Shown here: piece by piece, positions 9,218 to 18,624 of the stretch
Layout of the letters: every line of letters starts with the position of its first letter
Numbering within the stretch: position 1 is the stretch's first letter
Assembly: GCA_965204535.1 (NCBI GenBank)
Contig: OZ241996.1
Location: 896,001 to 960,000, forward strand
Direction of reading: 5' to 3'
Origin: a bacterium
GTDB taxonomy: Bacteria > UBA8248
Length of the DNA: 64,000 nucleotides
Translations under genes and position numbers: made by a program
The notes under the pieces: model-generated
Told to the model about the DNA's origin: nothing
The model's database searches: none
Seen by the model: only the letters and a program-made list of their open reading frames with translations

Positions 9218-11572
9218 TCATCCCGGCGCCGTGAGGGCGCGCCTGCGCTCCGTGCTCATCGACCAGGGCAGCCACGCGGAGAGGTCCCCGGGCGCCCGGC
9301 CGCCGTTCTCCGCGCAGGCCGTGAGCCATGCCTCCAGCCAGCGGAGCGGGTCGACCCCGTTCGACGCGAGGGTTCCGAGGACCGAGTACATCATCGCCGT
9401 AAACCTGGCGCCGGCCTCGCTGTCGGAGCCGAACGAGAGCCGCCTGCCGATCACAGGGCCCCGAAGCGCACGTTCGCTGGCGTTGTTATCCATCGGCACC
9501 GAGGGGCGTTCGATGAAGACGCTCAGCCCCTCGCGGTGGTTCAGCAGCGAGCGAAGCGCCTTGCCCTCGCGCGCCTGCGCGGGCAGAGCGGCCATCTCCC
9601 GTCGGGCCTGCGCGAACAGGTCCTTGAGCGCCTTCTTCAATTCGTCGTGCGCCGCGTCGAACGCCGCATCCTGGCGTTCGACGCCCGGGTCGTAACTGGC
9701 CAGGCGCGCCTCGTTCAGGCGGTAAAGCAAGGCAATCCGCTCGATCCATCTCTCGCACCACGGCGTCAGCCGCTCATCGCCGGCGGCGCAGTGGATATAA
9801 TCGCGCCGGACGTGACTCCAGCACCATGCGAGAGTCACCAGACCCCCGGGAATGCGCGCCAGCTTCTTGTAGGCGCTGTAGCGGTCGCAGACGATGACCG
9901 TATGGGAGCCGGCCGCGCCGAACAGCTTCATCGCGACCTCAGCACTCCGCGAGGGGTCGACGTGGAAGTAGACGGAGTCTGCGCTGACCGAGGTCCACAG
10001 CCAGGCGCGGCTCGAGCGTCCTTGTTCGCGAAGCGACTGAACGCGCCACGTCGTCTCGTCCCCGTGACGCACCGCCGCTTCGTTCTGGCGGTCGAGGATC
10101 GCCGCAGCCAGCGGCTCGAAGAGCGGCGTGAAGCGGTGCGTGCTGTCGCCCAGTGTGCCTGCAGAGACCGGAAGCCCCTGGTCGGAGAGCCACGCGGCGA
10201 CCCGGCGCAGCGGGCGGAAGCAGGCGTAGCGCTCGAACAGGAAGCGCGCCCACACGCTCGTCCCGTAAGGCGTGCCCGCGAACAGGCGCGGCGCGGCGGG
10301 CGCCGACACTTCCACCGGAGACGACGCGCACGCGCATCTCCTGCGCCATCTCGGACGGCGGATGACGCGCTTGTGGGCCGAGACTTCGATCTCGAAGATG
10401 GAGGAGACCTCGGCGCCATTGGCCACGTAGGGCTTCCCGCAACCGGCGCAGACGCGCGCACCGGCCGGCGGGTTGCGAACTTCGGTCCTCTCATCGAGCG
10501 CGGGCCGCGGGGTGCGGCCATGACCGGCGGCGCCGGGTTGCCGGCCGCGCCTGCGCTCCGAGCGCGGCCTCTCCTGCCGTTCGCTCTTGCGCCCGAACAG
10601 TCTTCTCGCCAGCACCGCTCCGGTGGCGCGAAGCTTCGCGAGATCGGCCTCCAGCCGCGCCCGGATGGTCTCTGACTTGCGGAGCGCCCTGCGAAGACGC
10701 CCGTTCTCCCTCGACAGCGACCTGAGCGCCGTCTTCTGGCGCCGCGACCTCCCCAGGGCCTTGCGCAGTTCCTCATCTGCACGAGACGGCGACTTCGAGC
10801 GCGCCGCCTCGAGAGCGCGCAGCAACCGCGCCTTCAGCCGTTCGGTCGCAATGCCTACGGCCCCCAGGGAGACTTCAAGACGGTAGACCTCCGCAGACAG
10901 CGACTCGACCACCTCCGCCTGGTCGCGCAATCGCCTCAACTTCCTGTAGAGCCCGATGGCCTCCTCGTCCAGGCTCCGAATGGTCTCCTTGTCGGTCGCC
11001 GACTTCTGCTTCTCCAGGGCCAGACGATCTTCGAGCCGGGCAACTTCCTTCTCCCGCCGGCCGACCTCCTTGCGCAGGGCATGAATCGTCTCCTTGCGCT
11101 CCTCCAGGGCCTTGCGCAGCCGCCCCGCCTCCCCCGGCGACGGCACGCCCGAGAGCTCCTTGCGAAGCCGGACGACCTCCATGCGCAGCGACATGAGCGG
11201 GCTGCGCTTGCGCGGATCGACCCCCGCCTCCGCAAGCAGCTTCTCCAGCCGCGCCACTTCCGCCTTGAGCGACAGCGCGTCCTTCGCCGCGCGGCGGGCT
11301 TCCTTCGCCTCCCCGGCGGCCGCCTCGAGCTTCTTCCGGCTGGCGTCGAGATGCCGCTTCAGCTTGCCCGCACGGGAGCGGGAATCCACTTCCGCCCAAC
11401 GCAACTCCTCGCAGCGCGCCTCCGCCGCCTCCGCGCGCGCACGCTCGCGCTCGTACAGCGAACGCCAGTACGCCTCTGCGGTTGTGGACAACCCGGGGGA
11501 ATGAGGCCATGGCTCATCCGGCCTCTCGGCCAACGCCAACTCCGTCTCGACAGCTTCTGCGCGAATCTTCAT
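9218..11572 (-). CDS. IS66-family transposase, copy 2
   Basis: Translation identical to 5797-8151. Confidence 0.93.
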   Translation of the reverse strand: MKIRAEAVETELALAERPDEPWPHSPGLSTTAEAYWRSLYERERARAEAAEARCEELRWAEVDSRSRAGKLKRHLDASRKKLEAAAGEAKEARRAAKDALSLKAEVARLEKLLAEAGVDPRKRSPLMSLRMEVVRLRKELSGVPSPGEAGRLRKALEERKETIHALRKEVGRREKEVARLEDRLALEKQKSATDKETIRSLDEEAIGLYRKLRRLRDQAEVVESLSAEVYRLEVSLGAVGIATERLKARLLRALEAARSKSPSRADEELRKALGRSRRQKTALRSLSRENGRLRRALRKSETIRARLEADLAKLRATGAVLARRLFGRKSERQERPRSERRRGRQPGAAGHGRTPRPALDERTEVRNPPAGARVCAGCGKPYVANGAEVSSIFEIEVSAHKRVIRRPRWRRRCACASSPVEVSAPAAPRLFAGTPYGTSVWARFLFERYACFRPLRRVAAWLSDQGLPVSAGTLGDSTHRFTPLFEPLAAAILDRQNEAAVRHGDETTWRVQSLREQGRSSRAWLWTSVSADSVYFHVDPSRSAEVAMKLFGAAGSHTVIVCDRYSAYKKLARIPGGLVTLAWCWSHVRRDYIHCAAGDERLTPWCERWIERIALLYRLNEARLASYDPGVERQDAAFDAAHDELKKALKDLFAQARREMAALPAQAREGKALRSLLNHREGLSVFIERPSVPMDNNASERALRGPVIGRRLSFGSDSEAGARFTAMMYSVLGTLASNGVDPLRWLEAWLTACAENGGRAPGDLSAWLPWSMSTERRRALTAPG

Positions 11573-12105
11573 GCCGACATCATTAGCACATGTCGAATCG
11601 CGTTACCAGTCGCCCGGGAAAATTCTATCCGATGGAGGCGATGCGCCCGGCGCCGGGTCCATCACGGCCCGCCCGAACGCTTACCGACAGTCACACTCAG
11701 GGATACGCAGACGTTAGATTTTCCTTGTTTCCGTTTTGATTACTTTCTGTAGTAGACGACTTCGAGACGAGATAGAGGATAATGAATCTTTCTCAATGAT
11801 ATCAATACGATAGAAATATTTTACAGCCACCGGAAATCCCCCACTGCCTGAAAACACGCGAAAGACTGGTGAATCAAGGAACTGAGCGTCCGGGCTAGCC
11901 TACACCCGATGTAGAAAACCCATAATCCAAGTACAAACCTAAAAAAGCTAGCAGCAAACCCGTGGCCAAGGCGAATGTGACCTAGACGAAGATGAGCGAC
12001 CTTCCAAAGATAGCAGGGCGCTAGTCTTTAGGAATAGACAGGTTCTGGTTACGTCCTTTAGCGGGCAAGAAAACACAATACAGTCGCTTTTCACATTCAA
12101 GACGT

Positions 12106-12139
12106 AAAAAACGCCCCGACAGCATTTGCGGGGGCGTTT
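12106..12139 (-). terminator. Intrinsic terminator downstream of the secreted-protein cassette
   Basis: Minus strand AAACGCCCC-cgcaaatgctgtc-GGGGCGTTTTTT: GC stem followed by a U tract. Confidence 0.65.
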
Positions 12140-12278
12140 ATTCTTTTGGAGATGTTTGTCTAACTTTGGCTTCCGTCCACGCTTTTGAACTAAACATGTG
12201 TAGTCTTTTTCCACAACGGCGATGTACGCTAATTTCGAGATCCGTTGGCAACAAAGGAGCAACCCCGAAAATTATATC

Positions 12279-13559
12279 TTACCGCTGGCCAGTTCCGCTA
12301 CCACTACGGTATGAGCGGTACGATCTTTCCTTTGGCTCCTTGGTAGAACGCTTTCTTGAAGAATACCCACCTGAATATCCGCCTCTGTAATAAGAGCCTC
12401 CGGAATATGATCTTCTGGAGTTCCGGATCGTCTGGTTGATGCTTTGGATTGCCCGCATCTGGTTCTTGCGAACTGTCTCCGCCTGTCTGCGCGCTGTCTC
12501 TCTTCGTCGTTCTACCTCACGCTGTGCCTCGTAACGCCGTCGCTCCTCGGCGGCTTCATTTTCCACTGCTGCCTGACGCGTCAGCCTCTCGGTGGCTTCA
12601 CGTGCTTGTTTTTCCTTCACTTCGAGATCGTTCAACGCGTCCCGGTAGTCTCCGCTTCCCGAAGTTCCCGTGTTCTCGCCCACGGCGCGCGACAGGGCGG
12701 CCTCGTAGTCCCTGCGGGCCTTGTCCCTCTGATCGTCCCGGTTTTGTGATGGTAAGGGCTTTTCCGGTTTGCGCGCATTCCATTTTCCATCCCATGAATC
12801 CGACTCGCATTCGGCTGCAGCGGCGTCGGAGACTATGCCGTAACAATTCGGCCGGGCGCGTTGTTCCTCTTTCACCCATTCCTCGAACGAAGAGGAATGG
12901 GCAGGTTTTGAGGCGACTCTCGCTCTAGGCGCGTCTTGAGCGCCCCATGCCGCCGCTCCGGGATTACCGTCAGGAATAGCGGGGAGTGTTCTCCGGGAAA
13001 AGCGGATTTTCCGGGGTTTGGGAAGCGGCTTGCGGCCCAGGAGTTCGCGCTCACTTCCGCTCTCCACCGGCGCCAAAGCCAGGCCATGATCGATCTCGCT
13101 ATCCCGACCAAACCATCTCTTTATCCTTCGTTTCGCGTTCTGGAGCTTCTCCGTGACCGCCCGTTTCGCCTTCTGGTACTTCTCATTGACGAAGGTGCCG
13201 ACTTTTAAGAGCGGTAACTGGTCCACCATCAGCCTGCCCGGGATTTTCCTGGACTCATCGGATACGGCATCGAGTTTTCGCTTGTCACCTTTCTCGAAGG
13301 CATCATAGGATCTGTTCAGGATGCCGAACTGTTCCCCTTGTCTATTTTCCAGGTTCTTCTTGAGCAGGAGGGCGCTTCCGGCGCCGGCCGCAACGCCGAC
13401 CGTAACGCGCGACCTGCTCAGCCATGTGCCCTTTGCCGGAGCGGCCGAGATGACGGGCACGGCACATAAGCATAAAAGGAACACGGCGACGATCAATACA
13501 AAAACAACAGCCTTGCGACCATTCGCTCTGTCGGTCATCTGTATGCCCTCCAGCTTCAT
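12279..13559 (-). CDS. Hypothetical exported protein with C-terminal coiled coil and S/G/Y/R-rich tail
   Basis: 426-aa ORF, hydrophobic N-terminus 'AVVFVLIVAVFLLCLCAVPVISA', E/R/A-rich heptads. Confidence 0.7.
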   Translation of the reverse strand: MKLEGIQMTDRANGRKAVVFVLIVAVFLLCLCAVPVISAAPAKGTWLSRSRVTVGVAAGAGSALLLKKNLENRQGEQFGILNRSYDAFEKGDKRKLDAVSDESRKIPGRLMVDQLPLLKVGTFVNEKYQKAKRAVTEKLQNAKRRIKRWFGRDSEIDHGLALAPVESGSERELLGRKPLPKPRKIRFSRRTLPAIPDGNPGAAAWGAQDAPRARVASKPAHSSSFEEWVKEEQRARPNCYGIVSDAAAAECESDSWDGKWNARKPEKPLPSQNRDDQRDKARRDYEAALSRAVGENTGTSGSGDYRDALNDLEVKEKQAREATERLTRQAAVENEAAEERRRYEAQREVERRRETARRQAETVRKNQMRAIQSINQTIRNSRRSYSGGSYYRGGYSGGYSSRKRSTKEPKERSYRSYRSGSGTGQR

Positions 13560-13583
13560 GGTTCGTCAGTGTTTGACTCTCGT

Positions 13584-14513
13584 CTATTCAACCAAGGATA
13601 TTAGTATGAAACGTCGAAGCCCGCAAACACCGCCATTCAGTCGGCAGTGCGCCAGAACGTAGATGTCCCCATCCTCGGGCAGGGAGCCGATGAGCAGGCG
13701 GTCCCCGCCGCCCGTCTCGAGAATCATGTCGAGCGCAAGCCTGGCGGAGAAGGTTGTCGGTAGGTCGGCGAGCGCGGCGGCGGTCTCCTCATCGGTATCG
13801 GGAGCCGCCGCCTTGATGGCGGCCGGTTCGCGTGCGGCGAGCGCTTTCTCGACGGACTCGAGCGTGCGGCCCAGCCACGGCCCCGTCTCTTCGGCCCATC
13901 GGGCGTGCTGGAGCGCTATCCAGGCCAGGCGCGGGAGTACCACCCTCATGTCCGCAGCGGCCGAGGCGAAGGTGGCCGCATCAATTCCCGCCTCGTGTGA
14001 CGCCGCAGGGTGCGCCGAAGTGAATGCGTCGAGTCGCGCCTTCGTCGTCGAGGCAAGGGCCTCAACCAATTCTCCTGACGCAGACATCCACGAGGGTTTG
14101 AGCTTCACTTTCGTATCAGGGGCTGAGAGCCTCTCCCCGGGCAGCGCGCGGGCTGCACTCACGCGGTAACCTCCCGTCTGCTTTTCCCATAGCGTGAAAA
14201 CGGCGATGTCGAGCAACGGGTTATAGTAAAGCGCCGCAGGGGCGGGCGAGCGCAGGCGACCCAGCTTTACTACCGCGTTCGAGAAAAAAGGACTCCAGAG
14301 GGCCGCCGGAGAAACCTCGCGTATCATTCCCGCGCCCGGCATGTCGGCCAAGACTTCCGCCGCCTGTTTTTCACCCGCGACTCCCGCCGCCCGCAGGGCC
14401 AGCGCATGGGCTGCGAAAAGGCGAGCCCCCTCGTCCTCCGCCACTACGGAGGGAGCAGACACAAGCATTGCCGCCAGAGTTATCCCGAGAACGCTGCGGA
14501 TTAACGTCACCAT
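13584..14513 (-). CDS. Hypothetical secreted protein
   Basis: 309-aa ORF with signal peptide 'VLGITLAAMLVSAPSVVA', RBS GAGGAG, co-oriented in the cassette. Confidence 0.75.
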   Translation of the reverse strand: MVTLIRSVLGITLAAMLVSAPSVVAEDEGARLFAAHALALRAAGVAGEKQAAEVLADMPGAGMIREVSPAALWSPFFSNAVVKLGRLRSPAPAALYYNPLLDIAVFTLWEKQTGGYRVSAARALPGERLSAPDTKVKLKPSWMSASGELVEALASTTKARLDAFTSAHPAASHEAGIDAATFASAAADMRVVLPRLAWIALQHARWAEETGPWLGRTLESVEKALAAREPAAIKAAAPDTDEETAAALADLPTTFSARLALDMILETGGGDRLLIGSLPEDGDIYVLAHCRLNGGVCGLRRFILISLVE

Positions 14514-14618
14514 GGATGGAAACTCCTCGTCTGCCCGATTTCTTTCGTCCTGCCGTTCAGTCTTTTTCTGCCGAGTGGGCGCTTGAGCAGCAGTGTTTCA
14601 AGGCGCTCTATTCTACGA

Positions 14619-16415
14619 CTAGTTATCATCGCCGCTCGGCGTATCAGGATCGCCCGATGTTTCAGGTCGGCTTTCTGCCTGATTGGCGCCCCGATCCTGT
14701 AGCATTTTTATGATCGCAGGATCATTATTGTGCTTTGCCGCCCAGTCCAAGGGTGTTTCGCCGTCATCATTCCGCGCTTTGACGTCGGCGCCCCTGTCCA
14801 GAAGTAGCTTTACAACCGCAGAATTCTTATTCCATTTCGCCGCGCTATGCAGAGGCACCCAGCCCCATTTATTATGTGCATTCACATCAGCGCCTCGATC
14901 CAAAAGTAGCTCTACGACTGCAGGATTTCGATTCAATCCCGCCGCGATGTGCAGAGGCGTGCTACCAAATCGAGTCCGAGCATGCACATCGGCACCCTTA
15001 TCTAGAAGTAGTTCCACGACCTCAGGATTTTTATTGCGCGCCACTGCATAATGTATGGGTAACCGTCCTAAGTAACCCTTTTCATTCACGTTAGCTCCCC
15101 GACGGATCAACTCCATGGCGACTGCGGGATTTTCATTGGTACCCGACGCTATATGCAACGCATTCTTATAAGTTGATTCGAACTTTTGTTTGTATCGATA
15201 CGAAATTACATCGTTTAGATTCGCGCCGCGCTCCAACAGCAGAGCAATTACTTCCGGGTATTTGTTGTATCTCGCGGCAATATGCAGTGGCTTATATAAT
15301 TCCATATCACTTGGATGCACCTCATGCGGAATCTCATCTCTTGCATCGATATCGGCGCCAAGATCCAGTAGCGCCTTGATAACGGCGGGGCCTTCGTTCG
15401 CGCGCAAGGCCTTGTGCAGTCCACGGGCGCCGCCGTATTTCTTCCGGGCGACTCTCGCAGCCGTCAGGCCCTCCGCCGTCCTGCCCTTCGGTCCCTTGAT
15501 CGAGGGGTCGGCCCCCGCCTTCGTCAACAAATCGACGACCGCCGAGTGCCCGTGCGCTGCCGCCATGAACAGCGCAGTCGCGCCGTCCGCCGCGCGGGCG
15601 TCGACTTCCGCCTTCGCCTCGATCAGCGACTCGACCATCGGCGCGTAGCCCTTGTTCGCCGCGTGCATCAGCGCCGTCCAGCCGCGAGCGTCGCGCGCGT
15701 TCACGTCCGCACCCGCCTCAAGCGCCGCCTTGAGCGCATTGACATCTCCTGCTAAGACCGCGCGTTGCAGGACATCGGGACGCACCTTAGGGCGGGAAGG
15801 CACTCTCGCGCTGGTTCCCGCACGTCGGCCTTTCGCAGCGGCCCGCATGGCACGCAACCCGCTAGGCGTCAGCGTATCCACGGGCGGCAGTCCCGCATCT
15901 CTCAGAAACCTCCCGTAGGCCTTCGCCGTGCGCTCGTTCCAGCGGCCATCGACCGGTCCCGGCTCGTAGCCGAGCGCCGCCAGCAACTCTTTCGCCTCGC
16001 GGATCGCCCGTGGGGGCGGTGGAGACGAAGCCTTCTTTATCTCCCCACCGCCCGGCCGCCACGAGCGAGCGCGTTCCTGAGCAGACGCAACCTGCTGCGG
16101 CGTCATCTTCGCCGCCAGGGCGTCGCGCTCTTTCGCCGCTTCCATCTCGCCCCGGCCCGCCGCCAGGTTGAACCACATGTGCGCCACAACGTAATCCTGC
16201 GGAGCGCCCACTCCCCGCATAAAAAGACGCCCGAGCGCCAGCATCGCCCGCCTGTCACCCTCATTCGCCGCCGCGCGCCACTCCTTGAGCGCCTCGGCGG
16301 GTTTCCCCGCGTCCCACGCGCGCTTGCCCACTGCGTAGTCCGCCTGTGCGGGCAATGCGCAGATGAGCATCAAGGCCAGCGCCAGCATCAGCACCCGTAG
16401 TGTGTGTCGAGTCAT
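14619..16415 (-). CDS. Secreted Sel1 + peptidoglycan-binding + ankyrin-repeat protein (paralogue A)
   Basis: Signal peptide (..LPAQA), Sel1 'AMLALGRLFMRGVGAPQDYVVAHMWFNLAA', PG-binding-like 'LAALGYEPGPVDG', many ankyrin repeats 'TPLHIAA..N.NPAVVELLLDRGADVNA'. Start placed at the ATG after GGAGAG. Confidence 0.88.
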   Translation of the reverse strand: MTRHTLRVLMLALALMLICALPAQADYAVGKRAWDAGKPAEALKEWRAAANEGDRRAMLALGRLFMRGVGAPQDYVVAHMWFNLAAGRGEMEAAKERDALAAKMTPQQVASAQERARSWRPGGGEIKKASSPPPPRAIREAKELLAALGYEPGPVDGRWNERTAKAYGRFLRDAGLPPVDTLTPSGLRAMRAAAKGRRAGTSARVPSRPKVRPDVLQRAVLAGDVNALKAALEAGADVNARDARGWTALMHAANKGYAPMVESLIEAKAEVDARAADGATALFMAAAHGHSAVVDLLTKAGADPSIKGPKGRTAEGLTAARVARKKYGGARGLHKALRANEGPAVIKALLDLGADIDARDEIPHEVHPSDMELYKPLHIAARYNKYPEVIALLLERGANLNDVISYRYKQKFESTYKNALHIASGTNENPAVAMELIRRGANVNEKGYLGRLPIHYAVARNKNPEVVELLLDKGADVHARTRFGSTPLHIAAGLNRNPAVVELLLDRGADVNAHNKWGWVPLHSAAKWNKNSAVVKLLLDRGADVKARNDDGETPLDWAAKHNNDPAIIKMLQDRGANQAESRPETSGDPDTPSGDDN

Positions 16416-16662
16416 GTTCTCTCCCTCTGCTCTCGTAGAATGAAACTCTTCACAATGCCATCCCACGACGTTTTGAGGTCTTACTCCATATACGGAAGTT
16501 CCTTGTTTCCAAAGAACATAACGAATCTATTCCATGATCCCGCGAGTCACAACTGAACGCATGGTCGTTAATGTCTGATATGGCTATGCGCGCCCAAATC
16601 AAACCGTGGCAAACCGAACTGGGGCTTCGTCCCCTAAACCCCCGAGGTAAAGAGGCGAAGAT

Positions 16663-18573
16663 TCAAGGTCCGAGCGTCCGGGCTACGCGAAACCCGGAAG
16701 TGTTGAAACGGAGTCCGTACCCTAACTTGCCGCGGATAGCAGAGAAGAGGCTCAACGGATCGCTGGACCAGGAACCGCCGCGCAGAACGCGGCGCGAGCA
16801 ATCGCCGTTCGTCCACGCGCGCCCGTCCAACGGCGCGCCCGCGTAGCGTGCGTTCCAACAGTCCACAACCCACTCCCACACGTTGCCCAGCACGTCGTGA
16901 AGACCGAACCCGTTCGTAGAAAACGATCCCGCGGGCGCCGTATGAACGAAACCGTCTCGGCAAGACGCCACTCCGTGTCCACCGCGCCAGTTACTGTACT
17001 GCTTCTTAAGCGTCCCGTCGGCCCCGTTCGCGTGGGTGCACTGTGCCAATGTGTCATCTCCCCAGTAGCGCGACGTGCGCGTCCATCCACGCGCCGCGTA
17101 TTCCCATTCCGCCTCACTCAATAATCGGTATCTTTCCCCCGTTTTGTCCGACAGCCACGCCACGTACGCCTTCGCGTCATCCCAATTTACACACACGACA
17201 GGGTCTAAGTTCGTCTGGGAAAAACCTGGATCGCGCCACGAGCGTGCGGCGTCTTTTTTCCACTTACCATCATAAATATAACACCCGCTATCCATGTCGC
17301 GGCCCGTCATACGAACAAAGGCGCCAAACTCGCGCCTCGTCACCTCGTGTTTGCCAATCGCGAAGGGTTTCGGAATCGTCACGCGGTGGCGGGGGCCTGC
17401 ATACTCCCACGATGAAGAACCCATCATGAAAGAACCGTAGGGCACGACCACCATCTCCGGGCATTCCGGGCAGTCTCGAAATACCTTGCCTTTCGGCCAC
17501 CTACGTTTTAGGTCTTCCGCTGCTTCAACTTGCGCCCACGTCTTTCCCGCCAGCAGAGCGAGAACGCCGGGACCCTCTCCCTTCCCTCTCGCCACCTCCG
17601 CAGTGCCGTATCTCCTGCGCGCCACATCCATAGACGACTTTCCCTTCGGTCCCTTGATCGATGGATCCGCTCTCCCCTTCATCAGCAACTCAATGACTTC
17701 GGAGTACCCGTGCACCGCCGCCATGAAAAGGGCCGTAGCGCCGTCCGCGGCGCGTTCGTCGACCTTCGCCTTCGCTTCGATCAGCGACTCGACCATCGAC
17801 GCGTAGCCTTTGTTCGCCGCGTGCATCAGCGCCGTCCAGCCGCGAGCGTCGCGCGCGTTCACATCCGCACCCGCCGCAAGCGCTGCCTTTAGCCCGTCGA
17901 CATTCCCCGCCAGCACCGCTCGGTGCAAGGCATCGGGACGCACCTTAGGGCGGGATGGCACTCTCGCGCTGTTTCCCGCACGTCGGCCTTTCGCAGCGGC
18001 CCGCATGGCACGCAACCCGCTAGGCGTCAACGTATCCCCCGGCGGCAGGCCCGCATCGCGCAGAAACCCCGCATAGGCCTTCGCCGTGCGCTCGTTCCAG
18101 CGACCATCGAGAGTACCCGGCTTGTAACCCAGCGCCGCCAGCAACTCTTTCGCCTCGCGGATCGCCCGTGGGGGAGGTGAAGCCGAAGCAGATTTTCTCT
18201 TTTCTCCACCCGGCCGCCACGAGCGAGCGCGTTCCTGAGCAGACGCAACCTGCTGCGGCGTCATTTTCGCCGCCAGGGCGTCGCGCTCTTTCACCGCTTC
18301 CATCTCGCCCCGGCCCGCCGCCAAGTTGAACCACATGTGCGCCACAACGTAATCCTGCGGAGCGCCCACTCCCCGCATAAAAAGACGCCCGAGCGCCAGC
18401 ATCGCCCGCCTGTCGCCCGAATTCGCCGCCGCGCGCCACTCTCTGAGCGCCTCGGCGGGCCTTCCCGCGTCCCATGCCCGCTTGCCCGCAGCGTAGTTCG
18501 CCTGTGCGGGCAATGCGCAAATGAGCATAAAAGCTAACGCCGGTATCACCACCCGCAGAGCATGTCGAATCAT
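16663..18573 (-). CDS. Secreted Sel1 + PG-binding + ankyrin + FGE-sulfatase (C-type lectin fold) protein (paralogue B)
   Basis: Same N-terminal module, then 'FRDCPECPEMVVVP.GSFMMGS', 'RLLSEAEWEYAAR', 'NGFGLHDVLGNVWEWV', 'RVLRGGSW...GFRVART'. Confidence 0.92.
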   Translation of the reverse strand: MIRHALRVVIPALAFMLICALPAQANYAAGKRAWDAGRPAEALREWRAAANSGDRRAMLALGRLFMRGVGAPQDYVVAHMWFNLAAGRGEMEAVKERDALAAKMTPQQVASAQERARSWRPGGEKRKSASASPPPRAIREAKELLAALGYKPGTLDGRWNERTAKAYAGFLRDAGLPPGDTLTPSGLRAMRAAAKGRRAGNSARVPSRPKVRPDALHRAVLAGNVDGLKAALAAGADVNARDARGWTALMHAANKGYASMVESLIEAKAKVDERAADGATALFMAAVHGYSEVIELLMKGRADPSIKGPKGKSSMDVARRRYGTAEVARGKGEGPGVLALLAGKTWAQVEAAEDLKRRWPKGKVFRDCPECPEMVVVPYGSFMMGSSSWEYAGPRHRVTIPKPFAIGKHEVTRREFGAFVRMTGRDMDSGCYIYDGKWKKDAARSWRDPGFSQTNLDPVVCVNWDDAKAYVAWLSDKTGERYRLLSEAEWEYAARGWTRTSRYWGDDTLAQCTHANGADGTLKKQYSNWRGGHGVASCRDGFVHTAPAGSFSTNGFGLHDVLGNVWEWVVDCWNARYAGAPLDGRAWTNGDCSRRVLRGGSWSSDPLSLFSAIRGKLGYGLRFNTSGFRVARTLGP

Positions 18574-18624
18574 CTTCTCGTCTCCGATGAAAAGAAAATA
18601 TTCAAGTCATCATGAATTCTGCGG

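Larger units (their letters stand above)
8272..11684 (-). mobile_element. IS66-family element, copy 2 (tandem direct copy, period 3421 bp)
   Basis: TIRs at 8272-8297 and 11659-11684. Both ORF translations are identical to copy 1. Confidence 0.95.

Noticed and set aside
5810-11752. Long antisense and alternative-frame ORFs over the transposases and across the GC-rich backbone (e.g. 34877-36631, 47843-49585, 50731-52863)
   Set aside because: Shadow ORFs of high-GC genes with no motifs.
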